A stretch of DNA of 64,000 nt from Mytilus californianus (lineage: Eukaryota). Location: contig NW_026262702.1 in assembly GCF_021869535.1 (NCBI RefSeq), forward strand, positions 1,054,001 through 1,118,000. The letters run 5' to 3'. A program made the position numbers and the translations under genes. The notes under the pieces were generated by a model. That model saw nothing but the letters and a program-made list of their open reading frames with translations. It searched no databases and was not told the origin of the DNA. Position 1 is the first letter of the stretch, and every line of letters begins with the position of its first letter. This document shows, one piece after another, positions 37,075 through 51,238 of this stretch.

Positions 37075-38759
37075 TTTTTTTAGGTCACCTGGCCCCAAGG
37101 GCCAAGTGAGCTTTTCTCATCACTTGGCGTCCGCCGTCCGTCGTCCGTCGTGGTCGTCTTTTACTTTTTACATTTTGAACTTCTCCTAGAGAACCACTGA
37201 ATGGAATGAAACCAAACATGGCATGAATGTTCCTTATGAGGTGCTGACCAAATGTTGTTACTTTGTAGCCGATCCATCATCCAAAATGGCCGCCAGCGGG
37301 GGACTTCGTTTAACATAGGACCCTATGGACAATACATACACATGTCTTCTCTAAGAGAACCAAAAATGGAATGAAACCAAACATGGCATGAATGTTCCTT
37401 ATGAGGTGTTGACCTAGTGTTGTTACTTTGTAGCCGATCCATCATCCAAGATGGCAGCCAGCAGGGGACTTCGTTTAACAAAGGACTCTATGGACAATAC
37501 ATACAAATGTCTTCTTTTAGAGAAACACTGAATGGAATGAAATCAAACATGGCATGAGTGCTCCTTATGAGATGCTGACATAGTGTTGTTACTTTGAAGC
37601 CGATCCATCATCCAAGATGGCCGACAGAGAGGGACTTAGTTTAACATAGGACCCTATGGGAAATACATACAAATGTCTTCTTTTATTGAACCACTGAATT
37701 GAATGAAACCAAACATGGCATGAATGTTCCTTATGAAGTGCTGATCAAGTGTTGTAACTTTGTAGGGGATCCATCATCCAAGATGGCCGCCAGTTGGGGA
37801 CTTTGTTTAACATAGGACCCTATGCACAATACATACAAATGTCTTCTTTTAGAGAAGCACTGAATGCAATGAAACCAAACATGGCATGGATGTTCCTAAT
37901 GAGATGCTGACCAATTGTTGTTACTTTGTAGCAAATCCATCAACCAAGATGGCTGCTAAAGGGGGATTTAGTTTAACAAAGGACTCTATGGGAAATATAT
38001 ACAAATGTCTTCTTCTAGAAAAACGCTTAATGGATTGAAACCAAACATGGTTTGAATGTTTCTTTTGAGGTGCTGACCAAGTGTTGTTACTTTGTAGCTG
38101 ATTTGTCATATAAGATGGCTGCCAGCACGGGGAGTAAGTTTAACATAGGACCCTATGGAAAATACATACAAATGTTTTCTTCTACAGAACCACTGAAAAG
38201 AATGAAACCAAACATGGCATGAATGTTCTTAATGAGGTGCTGACCAAGTGTTGTTACTTTGTAGCCGAACCATCATCCAAGATGGTCGCCAGCAGGGGAC
38301 TTAGTTTAACATAAGACCCTATGGGAAATACATACAAATGCTTCTTCTAGAGGAGCACTGAATGGAATGAAACCAAACATGGCATAAATGTTCCTTATGA
38401 GGTGTTGATGAAGACCTTAATACATGTATCTTTATAGATTGAGATATACTGTAAACTGCAAAAATATCAAGAAAAGAAGATCTACACATTAGTCAACATG
38501 ACCAAAATTGTCAATTGATATCTTGTTGGAGTTCTTGTCCTTATAAAGTCATTTTCTACAATTTCAATGAATTTATTGGTAATTTCTGTAAACTTTACAA
38601 AAGTCTTCTGCTTTTGATTAAATTACGGGGCCAATATTAAACCAAATTTGGCCTCAATCATTATTAGGGTATCTGTTATGATTTTAATCTATTTTTACAT
38701 GATTTCCAAAACCAAAGTAGAATCAGATGAGCGACACAGGCTCTAGAGAGCCTCTAGTT
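37075..38759 (+). mobile_element. HINE/Helentron-like element with a ~166-bp satellite (~7 copies)
   Basis: 5' TTTTTAGGTCACCTGGCC..GGCCAAGTGAGC stem-loop; (CGTC)n microsatellite; units starting at 37191, 37357 and ~37522 running to ~38410; 3' CAGATGAGC sub-TIR and hairpin AGGCTCT-AG-AGAGCCT. Confidence 0.8.
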
Positions 38760-38778
38760 ATATTTACCCCTGGATTTG

Positions 38779-38796
38779 CTCTCTCTCTCTCTCTTC

Positions 38797-38832
<36 letters not shown>
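38779..38832. repeat. (CT)n microsatellite
   Basis: Imperfect (CT)n run; a (TA)n run follows at about 38920-38938. Confidence 0.9.
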
Positions 38833-39420
38833 GCTGAATGGAGATAAGGTAATAAATTGCTTTTTTTTATATGTAACATTCTGCTTTGGAGGACATCCCA
38901 CGGCAAAACGAATCTACTTTATATATATATATATATATGATTTGTATCTTAACAAACTGTATCGCTTTACTTTCGACATGATGTAACCTTAATTGGGAAT
39001 ATTCGTCGCTTGCCATTTTAAAGCAAAAGTACAACTACGAATTTCATTTAAAATTGTTGGCAGCTGTCATCTACAAGTTTTTGTAAGCGTAAGTAATTTG
39101 ATCAAATGTAAATAAATATTTAATTCTATTGTTTAAAACTGAAGGTGTAAGCATGAAGAAGAGATGCGAAAGTGTTTTGGTTCTTTTTTGTTAAGCTTCA
39201 TTCGACTTTTTGAAAATGATCGTGATGGGTAATATATAATGACAAAACTGGTCGTACATCTTTATTCCTAATTAACATTACCTAAAGAGTACGGAATTAT
39301 CTTTGAACAGATCAAAGTAAACCAAACGTATAATCCACAACCACATTAATATAAACAAACCAAGAATAACTTCATATGCTTCATAAATGTGTCCGTAAAC
39401 CTTAAACCTAAGAATTAGAA

Positions 39421-39790
39421 AAATAAAGGCAACAGTAGTATACCGCTGTTCGAAATTCTAAAATCGATTGAAAAAAAACAAATCCGGGTTACAAACTAAA
39501 ACTGAGGGAAACACATCAAATATAAGAGGAGAACAAAGACACAACAGAAACACTAAAATGCAACACACACAGAAACGAACTATAAGATAACAATAGCCAC
39601 TTTCCTGACTTGGTACAGGACATTTTAAGAAAAAATGGTGGGTTGAACCTGGTTTTGTGGCTAGCCAAACATCCCGCTTTAATGGCAATGTTAAATATAA
39701 CACTAAGATGACAACATTACATGACAAGACTACAATACAAATAAATGGAAGAACATACAGGACAGAGAAACATACAAATAAACAATACAA
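39421..39790. repeat. Dispersed repeat family 'AAATAAAGGCAACAGTAGTATACCGCTGTTCGAAA...'
   Basis: Near-identical copy at about 54157-54500. The two copies sit in non-orthologous introns of the two transporter paralogs. Confidence 0.8.
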
Positions 39791-42700
39791 TAGAACATTA
39801 CGACAAGCTAATAGTTATCAAAGGTGCCAGGCCTAAAGATGAAGAGCATTGGTGACCCAAAATTCCAAAACGTTGTGCCAAATACGGCTAAGTTATCTGC
39901 CTGGGATAAGAAATATTAAGTATTTAGAATAATTCATATTTTTGCAAACAGCAACATTTATAAAATATAAAAATGACCATATAATTGATATACATGTTAA
40001 CACCGCATAATTGGTAAAGTCTAATTTTAACTGCTAAACTATCGAATGAAAAGGAAATCAACAATTTCTTGTTGTCCACTTTTCTTCGGACTCATAGCTT
40101 GCAAATCACGTTATGCATATAAAAAAAACAAATTCAAAATAGAAAAGATGGAAATGTGGTATGGTACTCAACTTCTTGACTGTATTATTAAACAGTAATC
40201 TAGGTTTTAATATTTAGAAAAAATATTAAATTCTTTTGAAAATTATTTGCATTTTGATTTAATAATTGAATTTCGAATGTATGGTAAACTTAAAAACAAA
40301 CCTTGCTATTACTAAATCTCCAACGCATACAGCCATTTAAGCATAGAAACCAATCCATCCGACCTCTGTCTGGAATATTTCATAAGAGATACGTATACAC
40401 GTGTTTAAGAATGAGCTGTTTTCGTTATTTTAATCGCAATTGCGTTAATGAATCAAGTTTTGGTCTATATATTAAGAATACATTCGTACATTATTCAGTA
40501 TTAATTATATATCTAATTCGCATATGCAATGTCTCATAAGCGTTCAACAAGAAACCTAAACCAAATGAATTTTAATTCCTATATTGCACTCTTAATTATC
40601 TAGACTGTAAGAATTGTATATTAGCTTCATGTGTGGTATGTAGCGTAACTGGGGTACTGGGGTACTTGAGTCCTGTGCAATGAAATCGGTATTATATATT
40701 TGTTATAGTTTTGTGACTCATTTCGTTATCAGAATTTAATATTTTGTGGCTTCTGGTAACTGTATAGTTGAATGCGTTTTCATCAGTTTGGGATTTTTGC
40801 ACAAGTGCAACAGAAGATCCAGGCGGAACACAACGAGATGAATTTGTTTATAAGATGTAATAACGAAAACTTTTCTTACTAATGACAGGAACATTCAATA
40901 TTCCAATGACTTCAAGAATTTTAATCAAATTTTATATCGAGCACAAATCTCAGAATATGTACTCTGTTTCTTTACATTACACTCTCTACTTCTGAAATAT
41001 ATTCTAGCCTGACTAACACCAACAGGATTGATAATCACATCTAATACTGTACCCCCAAACACCATAAACACCAGTAGGTAATGCGTAGGATAATGCAACT
41101 AGCCATACTGGAACACTTCTATAAATAACTATGTATTATTTCAACTACTTATCTTACAACATATTTCAACATACTCTATAAACTCTACATACTGCATTTT
41201 ATTATGTTTAACAATTGTCTTCAAACAATGTGAAGTTTCCCGACTTATAAGAGATCGAACTGTCGACATTTCCTATTTTTATTTAGCCAATTCGCAAACT
41301 AAGATAAATTTTATTTAGAAAATGTTTAATTGATGTATTTCAAAAAGCCTGATATGTACCTACTGTTTATGGACAATAACTTTCAGGATTAGTGAAAACG
41401 ATTTGTTGTGACCATATGGGAATGTCTCGAAAATTTCATTTCACTGCTATACCTGAAACATATACTAGTATTATGATAACCTTTCCAAGAAAGAAAGAAA
41501 GAAAGATGATCAGAAATTATTCATACGTATGAATAGTAGTTATGGAAAGAAATAACAGTAAAAAAAACTTTTAGTAAAACCCTTGCATATTCTACCCTCT
41601 TGACAGATGCAGTATAAGTTGGAGGAGTTGGTGGTTTATCAGGGAAATATATTAAACCAGCGACAAAAAGGACACCTGCCGCCATACACTCTGAAATAGA
41701 ATGTTTATAACTGGATAAATAGTATGATCTTCATCTTCAAATTATAAAATTCATCCTTGGTATTGTCTTTCGTTTAAAGAAAAAAACCTTAAGAAAACGG
41801 TATATTGCACAATGGCACACCGATGACACAAACTATGTGGTTTTTTTTAATTTTCAATCACTTAAATTAAATAACTGAACAGTCCTCGTAGTAATGACGT
41901 TGCAATTTTAGCAGTAGTAATTATTCGGGCAGAATCCTTTACAAATTTTAAAAATCACTCGTGTTAAACATTTACGGCATCCGGACTTTCCAAAAGAAAG
42001 TTGGATATTTACATATATAAGGCATAAAACAAGCAGCTTAAATACATATGTTTACAAATAACATTTTTGTTTGTGTGTTTTCGTTTGATCTTCTCGAGAA
42101 TTATAAGCTTCACACCACTGAATGGGTATACTACATGATCAAAATAACTCATATTTAAAGCATATCATTTCATACATTATAAACTTTAGATATGAAAACA
42201 GTTCTCGAATTATATTACGATTGTTTGTTAACAGTTACGAACAAACAAATCCTAGCTTTTCCTAGTAATAAAGACCACTTACCGTAGTACATTAAAACAT
42301 AATCTCATTCTGCAATTGCGAATACTTCAAAAGTGCTGAAAGTAAAGTAAAAGAGAAGCAGAAGATACCAAAAAGGATATTCAAAATTCATAAGTCGAAG
42401 AAAAACTGACCACGCCATGGAAAAAAAACCGAAAAATACCGAGGTGTATCTCATGTGCTCCAGAAGGGTAAGCAGATCTTGTTCCGCATTTGGCACCTGT
42501 AATGAATTCCTTGAATTCAAAACTAAAGTATGCGCGATAAATCTAGTCCGAGCATTGTTCATTCAACTGGTTGTTGACTATATTTGCCGTTTGGCATGTG
42601 CTTTAATAAGTGGTATCCTTTATTGACTTTGAGGCGATTGTTGTCAATATTGAAAAACAATCATTAGTGTTTTATTGAAAAATTCTGTCCGAGAAGTTTT

Positions 42701-45700
42701 ATATTGTGTACGTAAATAAACACGTGAAACAGATAACAGTGTTCCTACAATATGACATGCCTGTGTATATTACCATGTTATTTTTTGTGTTTTTGTTTCG
42801 TTTATGTTTTTGTTTTGTTTTGAATATGAATACAATCTTAGACTAGGTTTTTATATAATACTTGTATTTTAAAGCTGTAACTGTCTCATTGACGAATATC
42901 CTATATTTCCTTTGACTCGTATTAAAACATGGATTTCGGTTCAACTTCAATCAAGCAAAGAAAAAATTGTATATAAAAAGCACCTACTCGAATTATAGTC
43001 CAATGAAGTAGTTGTAACAGAATTACCACTTGTTAATTTATAGCTGCAACACAAGAATTATATATGTATATTCGATTCTGTTTTTTTAAATAAGGGAAAA
43101 AAGATTTATTATTCAATGAGCTGTTCTCTAATAAGTGAAATTTACTTTTATGTGTTTAATATACATTTTTATTGACCTTTCCAGAATAGGTCAAAATTTG
43201 GAAATGATGAATTGGAAAGTTTCTAACCAAACGTATTTACAATTGCATCGTGTATAGGAATTATGGATTAAAAGTTTGTTAATAATACATGTTCCTCAAA
43301 TGACGTTTTTCTAAATCGAACTTCGAAGTATACTCTTATTTGCAAAATATTTACAATATAACGGGAACTAATAATATAATTTGTTTAGTGATTCGTAATA
43401 GTGTATGCAAAAGTCTATATATATGCATTTTAAGTTAATACCTTTGATTTGATCCAGTAGAATGGTTATATTTCGGCGAACAAACTAACTGAGGACCTAT
43501 AAAATCAATCTGAGATGGAAATAAACAAAATCATGTCAAATCAACAGATACAGGTCGTACTTCTTAAGTTCCAAGTCAAACCAGATAATATTTCTGTTAT
43601 TAGAAACCAGAAAATAAAAAATACAATTCAAATAAAGGACAATAAAAGATTTTATATTTTATTTCAAACACTGAAGTCTGTTAGAATGTCAGAAAAATTG
43701 TTGACAGTACAATTACATCATATTCTAAATCAATTCGTCCTTACAATATCAATTAATAAAACGTATGCCAATAACAAACCCAGCAGCAATTCCAGCAAAG
43801 TTGGAGAATGTGCCAATCGGTGTTGCTGTTGCTCGCTGATCTAATGGGAACCAGGCTGATGCTAACAACGCGGGTCCAGCAAAGAATACTGTTCCAGCAA
43901 AACCATTCAATATGGCTGCAGCATTCATCAATCTCATATGAACGACAAAATTTAAGATATTCGGTTGACGTGAACTCCTATAATTTGAATTACATATGCT
44001 TCTTGACGTCACAGTAACCAAATTACACCCATTTAGCGAAAATAGCAAGTTTTCCTAGAGACTAAACAGTTTGTATATTTATGATTTGACATTGTGCACG
44101 TCTTTCAGCATAGCTAAATATATCTAAATATACACAAAATGTTCACAGTATATATTAACAGATGAAGTATTCACTACAAAAAGTAAAATCTACGGAAACA
44201 CAAAGAAGTCAAATTTTAAAAATTAGCAATTAAAATATGTTACAGGCTTCCATTTCTTATAAAATGAATAGTAAGCATTGACTATTGTCAAGTTGTTCTA
44301 AATATTTGAAGAAATAAAACAAAACATCAGATTATTCGATTTTTACTGAAGTGAATTTAAGCAGAGATGCAAATTGGGTACTCCTCATAACAGAACCATG
44401 GGTCGTTTGTAGGTCATTTCAAACCCATTTTTCTCTATGATTCAATATGGATTCAAAATTAAATTGGTGGAACTATATAGTAAAAAAGGATATATCTACA
44501 AAATAAACACCGAATGGAAACTTTTGTCTGGATCATAAATAAACGTAGGTGAAAAAACTGTCAAAATATGTGCAATTTGGGTACCCTCAAGTCAGGATAC
44601 CGATATTAACAATAAAGGTTTTTTTAGTACGTCGTTATTTGTATATTTGTGGTATTCTCTTGTTTGAGATAAGAAATGAAATAGAATTATGTACTAAAAA
44701 TGTTTTTAATCTAGTTTAGGATGATGACGTGTTAACGTATGTATCCAAAGTCTTGAAATCGTCAGTTGTTTTTGTATTTAATTTGTTTTTTTGTCTGTTT
44801 TATATCTGAGTGTTTCTGTCCTTTAAGTAAGTTTGCAGCACCTATACATTAAACTCACTCACACGCTTACTACGTCATTATCAATCAAATGAGGTCAAAC
44901 CGATATATAAAGGTCACCATTCAGAGCTGGGAAAACAGGTCTTATAAAAGAGGTGATCTTTAAATTGAAATTCAAAATGCATAGGCATTACTGAGGCGGG
45001 ACCAGAAGAGGATGACTTAAAAAGATAGTTTTTCGCAAAAAAAAGGTGACCTGTATATCAGGTTTGTATCATATAGTAATTGATAGAGCTTTGCACTGCA
45101 TAGTTTCTTCTGAATATATACAATAAAAGAAAGATGTAAACATGTTGGTCCTTCATTATTGTCATGTATAAAATGATTATTTTTTAAACAAATTATACAA
45201 ATGTTGACCATTTTACGTACCATGTAGCATATTTTGGGATACTCGTTATGCATCTTATTCCGGCTGTCACTGATATTAATCCAGAGCACACTTCACAAGA
45301 TATTCTCAGGCCTGAAAAATATACAAAAGTGTGAAAGAAATAAACAATACCATAGTACGAAATTTATACTCTGTGACCCATTTGTTGATGTGGCATTAGT
45401 GTAACAGGCTTAGTATAAAATAGAGAATGGAAATGGGAAATGTGTCAAAGAAACAACAACCCGACCAAAGAGCAGAAAACAGCCCAAGGCCACCAATGGG
45501 TCTTCAACGCAGCGAGAAAATCTCCAATCCAGAATATACACACATTATTTAAGCAATCAGAGTCAGCCTATTTTGATTATTTTCGACATTTGATGTTTTC
45601 GTATACACAGAAAAATGCATTTTCACTGAGCTTTCGAACTTTAATATGAAAGAAGAGCCTTGTGTAGTTGGAAATAACAATACGAGAATCTTAATCCTCT

Positions 45701-47440
45701 ACCATTGTCTGACAGGAATGTTGTTTTTCCAAAAACCGAAAATCGAATAAAGACCGACCAAATAATACCAAAAGAGATAGATGTACGTAAAAAAATAATA
45801 GACTACAATACACAGAAAACTAAAAATTATGCAACACTTACACCAACACAATCTAGTGTTAACTCTGGTTCTCCAAAAGGTCGCTAGTGCCTACTCCACC
45901 AGCGACACCCAATGATTTATAACTACTAGTATTGCCTTTTGTATAAAATATTTCGTAGCGAAAAACAATTTTTGTTTTAAATCTTACAAAAAAAGATTGA
46001 GATATTAACTTTTATATATTTTACTTAAAATATATTTTTTCTGCTTTTAGTAAACACATGGTGTATACGAAAGATGTTGTATTAAGTTCTTGAGTCAAAT
46101 AAATTTCTAGCATATACTTTTTACGACCATAGGATAACTTGCAAAGAATACAGTTGCTATAAATCCAATGTTTCCCCAGTTAGGAAGCATTCCAAGTTGT
46201 CCGTCGTCCCTAGCGAATACTACCTTTGCTGACTGTGCAATGGGTCCCCATGTGTTCCAAATGATAGCTTGCATAAAACAATTCAACGAAAATAAAACTA
46301 AAATCCACCATCATCGGGTGTATAGTATTATAGTTCTTTCGTCAGATCTATCAATTAGAGGTTCGTTTTCGTCCATCTTTAGTTATGGACAATCAGCATA
46401 TAACTAGTTCTCAAGTTAACAGTCATTTATCAGCAATGAAAAATTATAATCTAATTTTAGATAATATATAATATTCATTGTGTATACAGAGACTAATGAT
46501 ATACGCTAAAGGATATTATTTATATATATATTTATATTAACAATCCTAAGAATCATGTTTGATAAAATTTGGTATACATGTTATTGCCATTATCAGCAGG
46601 CATGATCAGGTATTAATGCCGAATTATTTTTAGTGACCTCAAGAATGGTATGCTATGGTAATCTGGGTGCAATCTGAAATGAAAATCCACGTATAGACGT
46701 TGGTTCGGATATCCAAAGGGGAAAATATATCGTCGAGTCGTCGCAGGAATGGGACATGTATAATTAACAATTTTGCGTTTGAGTATTTGACAGTAAAATT
46801 GATACATTTACGATGTTTTTATATGAACTACATCTCCCAGCAACAGTTCATCATGTGTTTGTGTTTCTACTACTTCAGATTAAGCCGACGCATAAACGTA
46901 TCACTCAAATCACGATAACGAAGCCACTTTTCATTGTCTAGTTGGTAGAGCGGTCTACTGCGATTGGCACGATGTACATGGGCTTGCGTAAGAATGTTAT
47001 AAACTTCAAGGTCAAAAATGCCTTTTTTTATTATTTAAAACAGGACGATTAGCATGATCATATACCGGTATAATGGGCTAAGTAAATAAACTAACAATAT
47101 TCAGTAAATTTTATGTTTTGCATCTGCACCACATACGGCTGGAATCCATACTTTTCTCTCACTTTTCTGACAACTACGCCTATATCACCTGAAGTTACAA
47201 GAGGTGATGAGGGTGCTGCGAATTGCTCTGCGGTGTTATTATGTTTAAAGTTTGTGCAATTACTACTGATTTGACTTCCATGTTTGTTTTGTAATAAATG
47301 CATGAGCTGTATTATATCTGCTATGACATTGGTACAATTGTTTCATCTATATATTTTTTTTTTAATTCAATAATTGTTTTATAGCTGTTGATTGATAAGT
47401 GTAAAATAAAATACATCAAATAAATGTTTTAATGTGAACG

Positions 47441-47717
47441 AGACCCCAAGGGTGACCGAGGAATAGACATATGGTAACTTTGGTCTTCTTCCGACCGGCA
47501 GTAAAACCCTTGCCGAAGTTGGGCGTTTTTGTTGATATGTGGGATGTACAAGTACAATGTCAGAATTGGGACGTTAAATCCGTTGCCTCTTGTAAAGAGA
47601 GTGCTACGCTCTCTGCATGTTAATAATCCTGGCAACAACTCTTTGACGGGTAAGTAGGTGGCTTGTTGTTTAAAATATTTGCCATTGGACGATAAACAAC
47701 CAACAATCAACGAATCA
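47441..47717 (+). mobile_element. 5'-truncated SINE-like insertion with an (AAC/AATC)n tail
   Basis: 12-bp TSD TTAATGTGAACG at 47429-47440 and 47718-47729. The tail ...TGGACGATAAACAACCAACAATCAACGAATCA also occurs inverted at about 4310-4350 and 5790-5850. Core TGGGACGTTAAA..GCATGTTAA resembles Meta/Deu-type SINE cores. Confidence 0.6.
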
Positions 47718-48072
47718 TTAATGTGAACGCCCTGCAATATCCATACGAATAATTATAATCTGTTCAAATAAAAATAAATCCAATACGATAATACTAAATA
47801 TACGGTTCTGAAATATTTGTCCGTAGACACTTGGTTTTTTAATGATTTCGAATATGTATATTAAAGGAAAACATAAGTCAATGTATGTTTGAAATTAAAT
47901 TCACATTGGGAGGGCTAACACAATTTGATCAAATATTTGTTCTAGGTAAGTCACGTATATATATATATATTAGTTAATAACTAGCGTAAGTCAAAGGTTT
48001 AGCACAAAAATGTACGTATAAATATGATTACAAAACTTAATATGAACAAGAAATGATTGTAACAGGATGCTG

Positions 48073-49790
48073 TTACGAAGTCTCCCAAACGAAGCTCCCA
48101 TAATTCGTAATTCCCAAGGTCGCCTGACATTGGGCAAAGTCCAGTGAAAATTGGATTGGTCCAGTAAAGTTATATGCATTAGTGATGCCTGATGACTAAC
48201 CCTGTATATCATTCAAATCATCTTGGCATGACAAATCTGAATATATATGGTTTAGGGGTGGGGATCTCGACTATTTACAAGATACTAGAACATTAGGGGT
48301 GGGGGGAACCCCTGGGGACTGACCCTATACCTCATTCAAATGTTTGAGACATGAGGAACAGGAATATATATGGTTTAGGGGTGGGGATCTCGACCATTTA
48401 CAAGATATTAGAACTTTCTCAAATGGCAGGGGGTCGGGATGACCCCTGGGGACTAACTCTGTATATCATTCAAACCATCTTCACATGACAAACATGAATA
48501 TATATGGTTTAGGGGTTGGGATCTCGACTCTTTACAAGATACTAGAACATTGGGGGTGGGGGGAACCCCTGGGGAATGACCCTATACGTCATTCAAATGT
48601 TTGAGACATGACGAACAGGAATATATATGGAATAGGGGTGGGGATCTCGACCATTTACAAGATATTAGAACTTTCTTAAATGGCACGGGGTGGGGGTGAC
48701 CCCTGGGGACTAACCCTATTTTTCATTTGATGTGCTTTATCATGACAAACGAGAATATATATGGTTTAGGGGTGGGGATCTTGACCACTTACAAGATATT
48801 AGAACTTTCGTAAATGGCAGGGGTTTGGGGTGACCCCTGGGGACTAACCCTGTTTTTCATTTGATGTGCTTTATCATGACAAACCAGAATATACATGGTT
48901 TAGGGGTGGGGATCTCGACCATTTACAAGATATTATAACTTTCTCAAAAGGCAGGGGGTGGGGATGACCCTGGGGACTAACCCTGTATATCATTCAAACC
49001 ATCTTAGCATGACAAACCAGAATATATATGGTTTAGGGGTGGGGATCTTGACCACTTACAAGATATTAGAACTTTCGTGATTGGCCAGGGGTGGGGTGAC
49101 CCCTAGGGACTAATCCTGTATTTCATTTGATGTGCTTTATCATGACAAACCAGAATATATATGGTTTAGGGGTAGGGATCTCGACCATTTACAAGATATA
49201 AATACTTTCTAAAATGGCAGGGGGTGGGGATGACCCCTGGGGACTAACCCTGTATATCATTCAAACCATCTTAGGATGACAAACCAGAATATATATGGTT
49301 TAGGGGTGGGGATCTTGACCACTTTCAAGGTATTAGAACTTTCTTAAATGGCAGGGGGTGGGGGTGACCCCTGGGGACTAACCCTGTATTTCATTTAATG
49401 TGCTTTATCATTTAGAACATTTTCAATTAAAAAGATTGTGTCTATCACAAACGGTTTTCAATTTATAATCATTTGAAAATTTAAAAAAATAAAATCCCAT
49501 AGGGTTCTATAGTCAAACCCTCCTTTCATTTTGCCCCTCAAAGTACCCCTTTATAAACCCTATTGCACAAACAAAACCCTGATTGCACCACTAGACATGT
49601 TAGTCTAACATATTGTTAAACCCTAAGTTAATCTGACAAGCGGTTTTGGAGAACGGGTGCGGACAAGTTCAAATTTAAAAGCGGCGGAAGAAGAAGAAGA
49701 AGAAGAAGAAGAAGAAGAAGAAGAAGAAGAAGAAGAAGAAGAACTGAGCAAAACCAATAAGTCTTCCCAAACTTCGTTTGGGAGACTTAA
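48073..49790 (-). mobile_element. HINE-like element with a G-rich 123/134-bp satellite and (GAA)19
   Basis: Inverted 17-mer AAGTCTCCCAAACGAAG (48078-48094) / CTTCGTTTGGGAGACTT (49772-49788), terminal hairpin at 49758-49789, (GAA)19 at 49687-49743. Nine units start at 48239, 48362, 48496, 48619, 48753, 48887, 49020, 49153 and 49287. Confidence 0.8.
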
Positions 49791-51194
49791 TGAGGAAAAA
49801 AGGGAACCATTGAACTAAATGCATTTAAGTGCAATAGTGAAACAGTATGTATATATTATAAAAATAATCTAGAAAACGTTCTCAGAGAAAAATCCTGTCT
49901 AGTGGTTTTGTCGTTGTTTTGACATATGTTTAAACTTATGTATGATTTCAAGGATAATAGTTCAGATAAAAATAATTGAATTAACTTGTATCGGTGCTTT
50001 CCTTCACTCATAGATTTTTACTGAAATTCAAGGTGGTTAAAAGAGAGTAAATGAATTACGCTAGTAATGTGGGATGCTAGATACTAAGTAATAATGAAAC
50101 AACGCTACACTACAACCTCCTTTAAGGGTAGTTCTACAATTATTTATGGTATAATGACTTTTGATATGGGCGAAAAGAAGCTTCCTTCACTTATTTCCCT
50201 TATAACGTTCCCATTAAACCTGAACTACTACAGCCTTGCTTAAGCTAACTGATTTTTTATAAAGTTATGCATAAAACAGTTCCACCAGTAAAAGTCAGTC
50301 GTCAAGGGCTATTAGTAAAGATTTAAGGACGGTGTGTCCGAAATTCTTTTAATTTAGTACAGTTCATGAATAAAAAAATTAATATGCCTAAATTTTAATT
50401 AAAAAATGAGGAAACGAAACTAACAAATATGAAAACACCTGAAGTTTTAACATTTGTAGTAGCATGAATATAAAAAAGAAGATGTGGTATGATTGCTAAT
50501 GAGACAACTCTCCACAAGAGACCAAATGACACAGAAATTAACAGCTATAGGTCAACGTACGGCCTTCAACAATGAGCAAAGCCCATACCGCATAGTCAGC
50601 TATAAAAGGCCCCGAAATCACAAATGTAAAACTATTCAAACGAGAAAACTAACGGCCTAATTAATGTACAAAAAAAATGAACGAAAAGCAAATATGCAAC
50701 ACAGCAATAAACGACAACCACTGAATTACAGGCTCCTGACTTGGGACAGGCACATACATACAGAATGTGGCGGGGTTAAACATGTTAGCGGGATCCCAAC
50801 CCTCCCCTACGTCATAAACAGTCAGAGAAAAACATGACCTTGTGCAATTCCAAGATACAGGAGTCGACAGATTGAAGATCTATGAAAGCGCATATGTATA
50901 TAACAATAATATGAAGCTTTTTTTATTTATCAGAAGCGAGATGATGTAGCAAATTATTTTGCGTAATACGTGTTCAAGACAAAACAACTCAAACACGTTT
51001 GAACGTAAAAAGGTGTAACAGAAGTCCTATTTTCGATAAGATTATTGCCAATCTTTAGGATTCCCCCCAAAAAAAAACTGTTGCCAGGGGTAGAGATGCA
51101 AATTAATGGTTAAAAAGTTTAATTTTTCATCTTTCTGTGGAATTTGTTTCGGCGGAAATAACCCTCATCATAGATACCAGGATTAAAATTGTGT

Positions 51195-51238
51195 ATGCCA
51201 GACGCGTGTTTCGTCTACAAAAGACTCATCAGTGACGC
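51195..51238 (-). ncRNA. Minimal type I hammerhead ribozyme motif, family 1 (best-preserved copy)
   Basis: GCGTCA-CTGATGA-GTC.TTTTGTA.GAC-GAAA-CACGCGT-C-TGGCAT. Full core, perfect stem II, GUC cleavage site ending at 51201. Confidence 0.8.

Larger units (their letters stand above)
35683..46376 (-). pseudogene. SLC49A4: SLC49A4/DIRC2-like MFS transporter pseudogene (copy A), 12 exon remnants
   Basis: Exons: 46376-46118, 45311-45221, 43932-43769, 43496-43442, 43043-42988, 42335-42283, 41690-~41561, 41118-41009, 40369-40302, 39400-39282, 36982-36800, 35906-35683. DIRC2 motifs WNTWGPIAQSA, WFP.DQRATAT, FPDKPPTPPS. Lesions: TGA at codon 22 (46311-46313); TG|A stop at the exon 2/3 junction; GT>GC donor (43768-43767); -1 frameshift in exon 6 (53 vs 54 nt); exon-7 donor not found; +1 frameshift in exon 8 (110 vs 109 nt); TAA at 40337-40339; TAA at 39346-39348; TAG at 35896-35898. 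Confidence 0.92.

Noticed and set aside
37191-38410. Regular repeats as a CRISPR-like array
   Set aside because: The units are homologous over their whole length with no unique spacers; this is a eukaryotic satellite.
46926-46985. tRNA-like TAGTTGGTAGAGCG motif
   Set aside because: There is no B box or cloverleaf; at most a decayed SINE head.
47091-47303. 70-aa ORF upstream of the pseudogene (…SGDIGVVVRKVREKYGFQP…)
   Set aside because: It may be a transposon relic, but I recognise no motif and cannot assign it without a database search.
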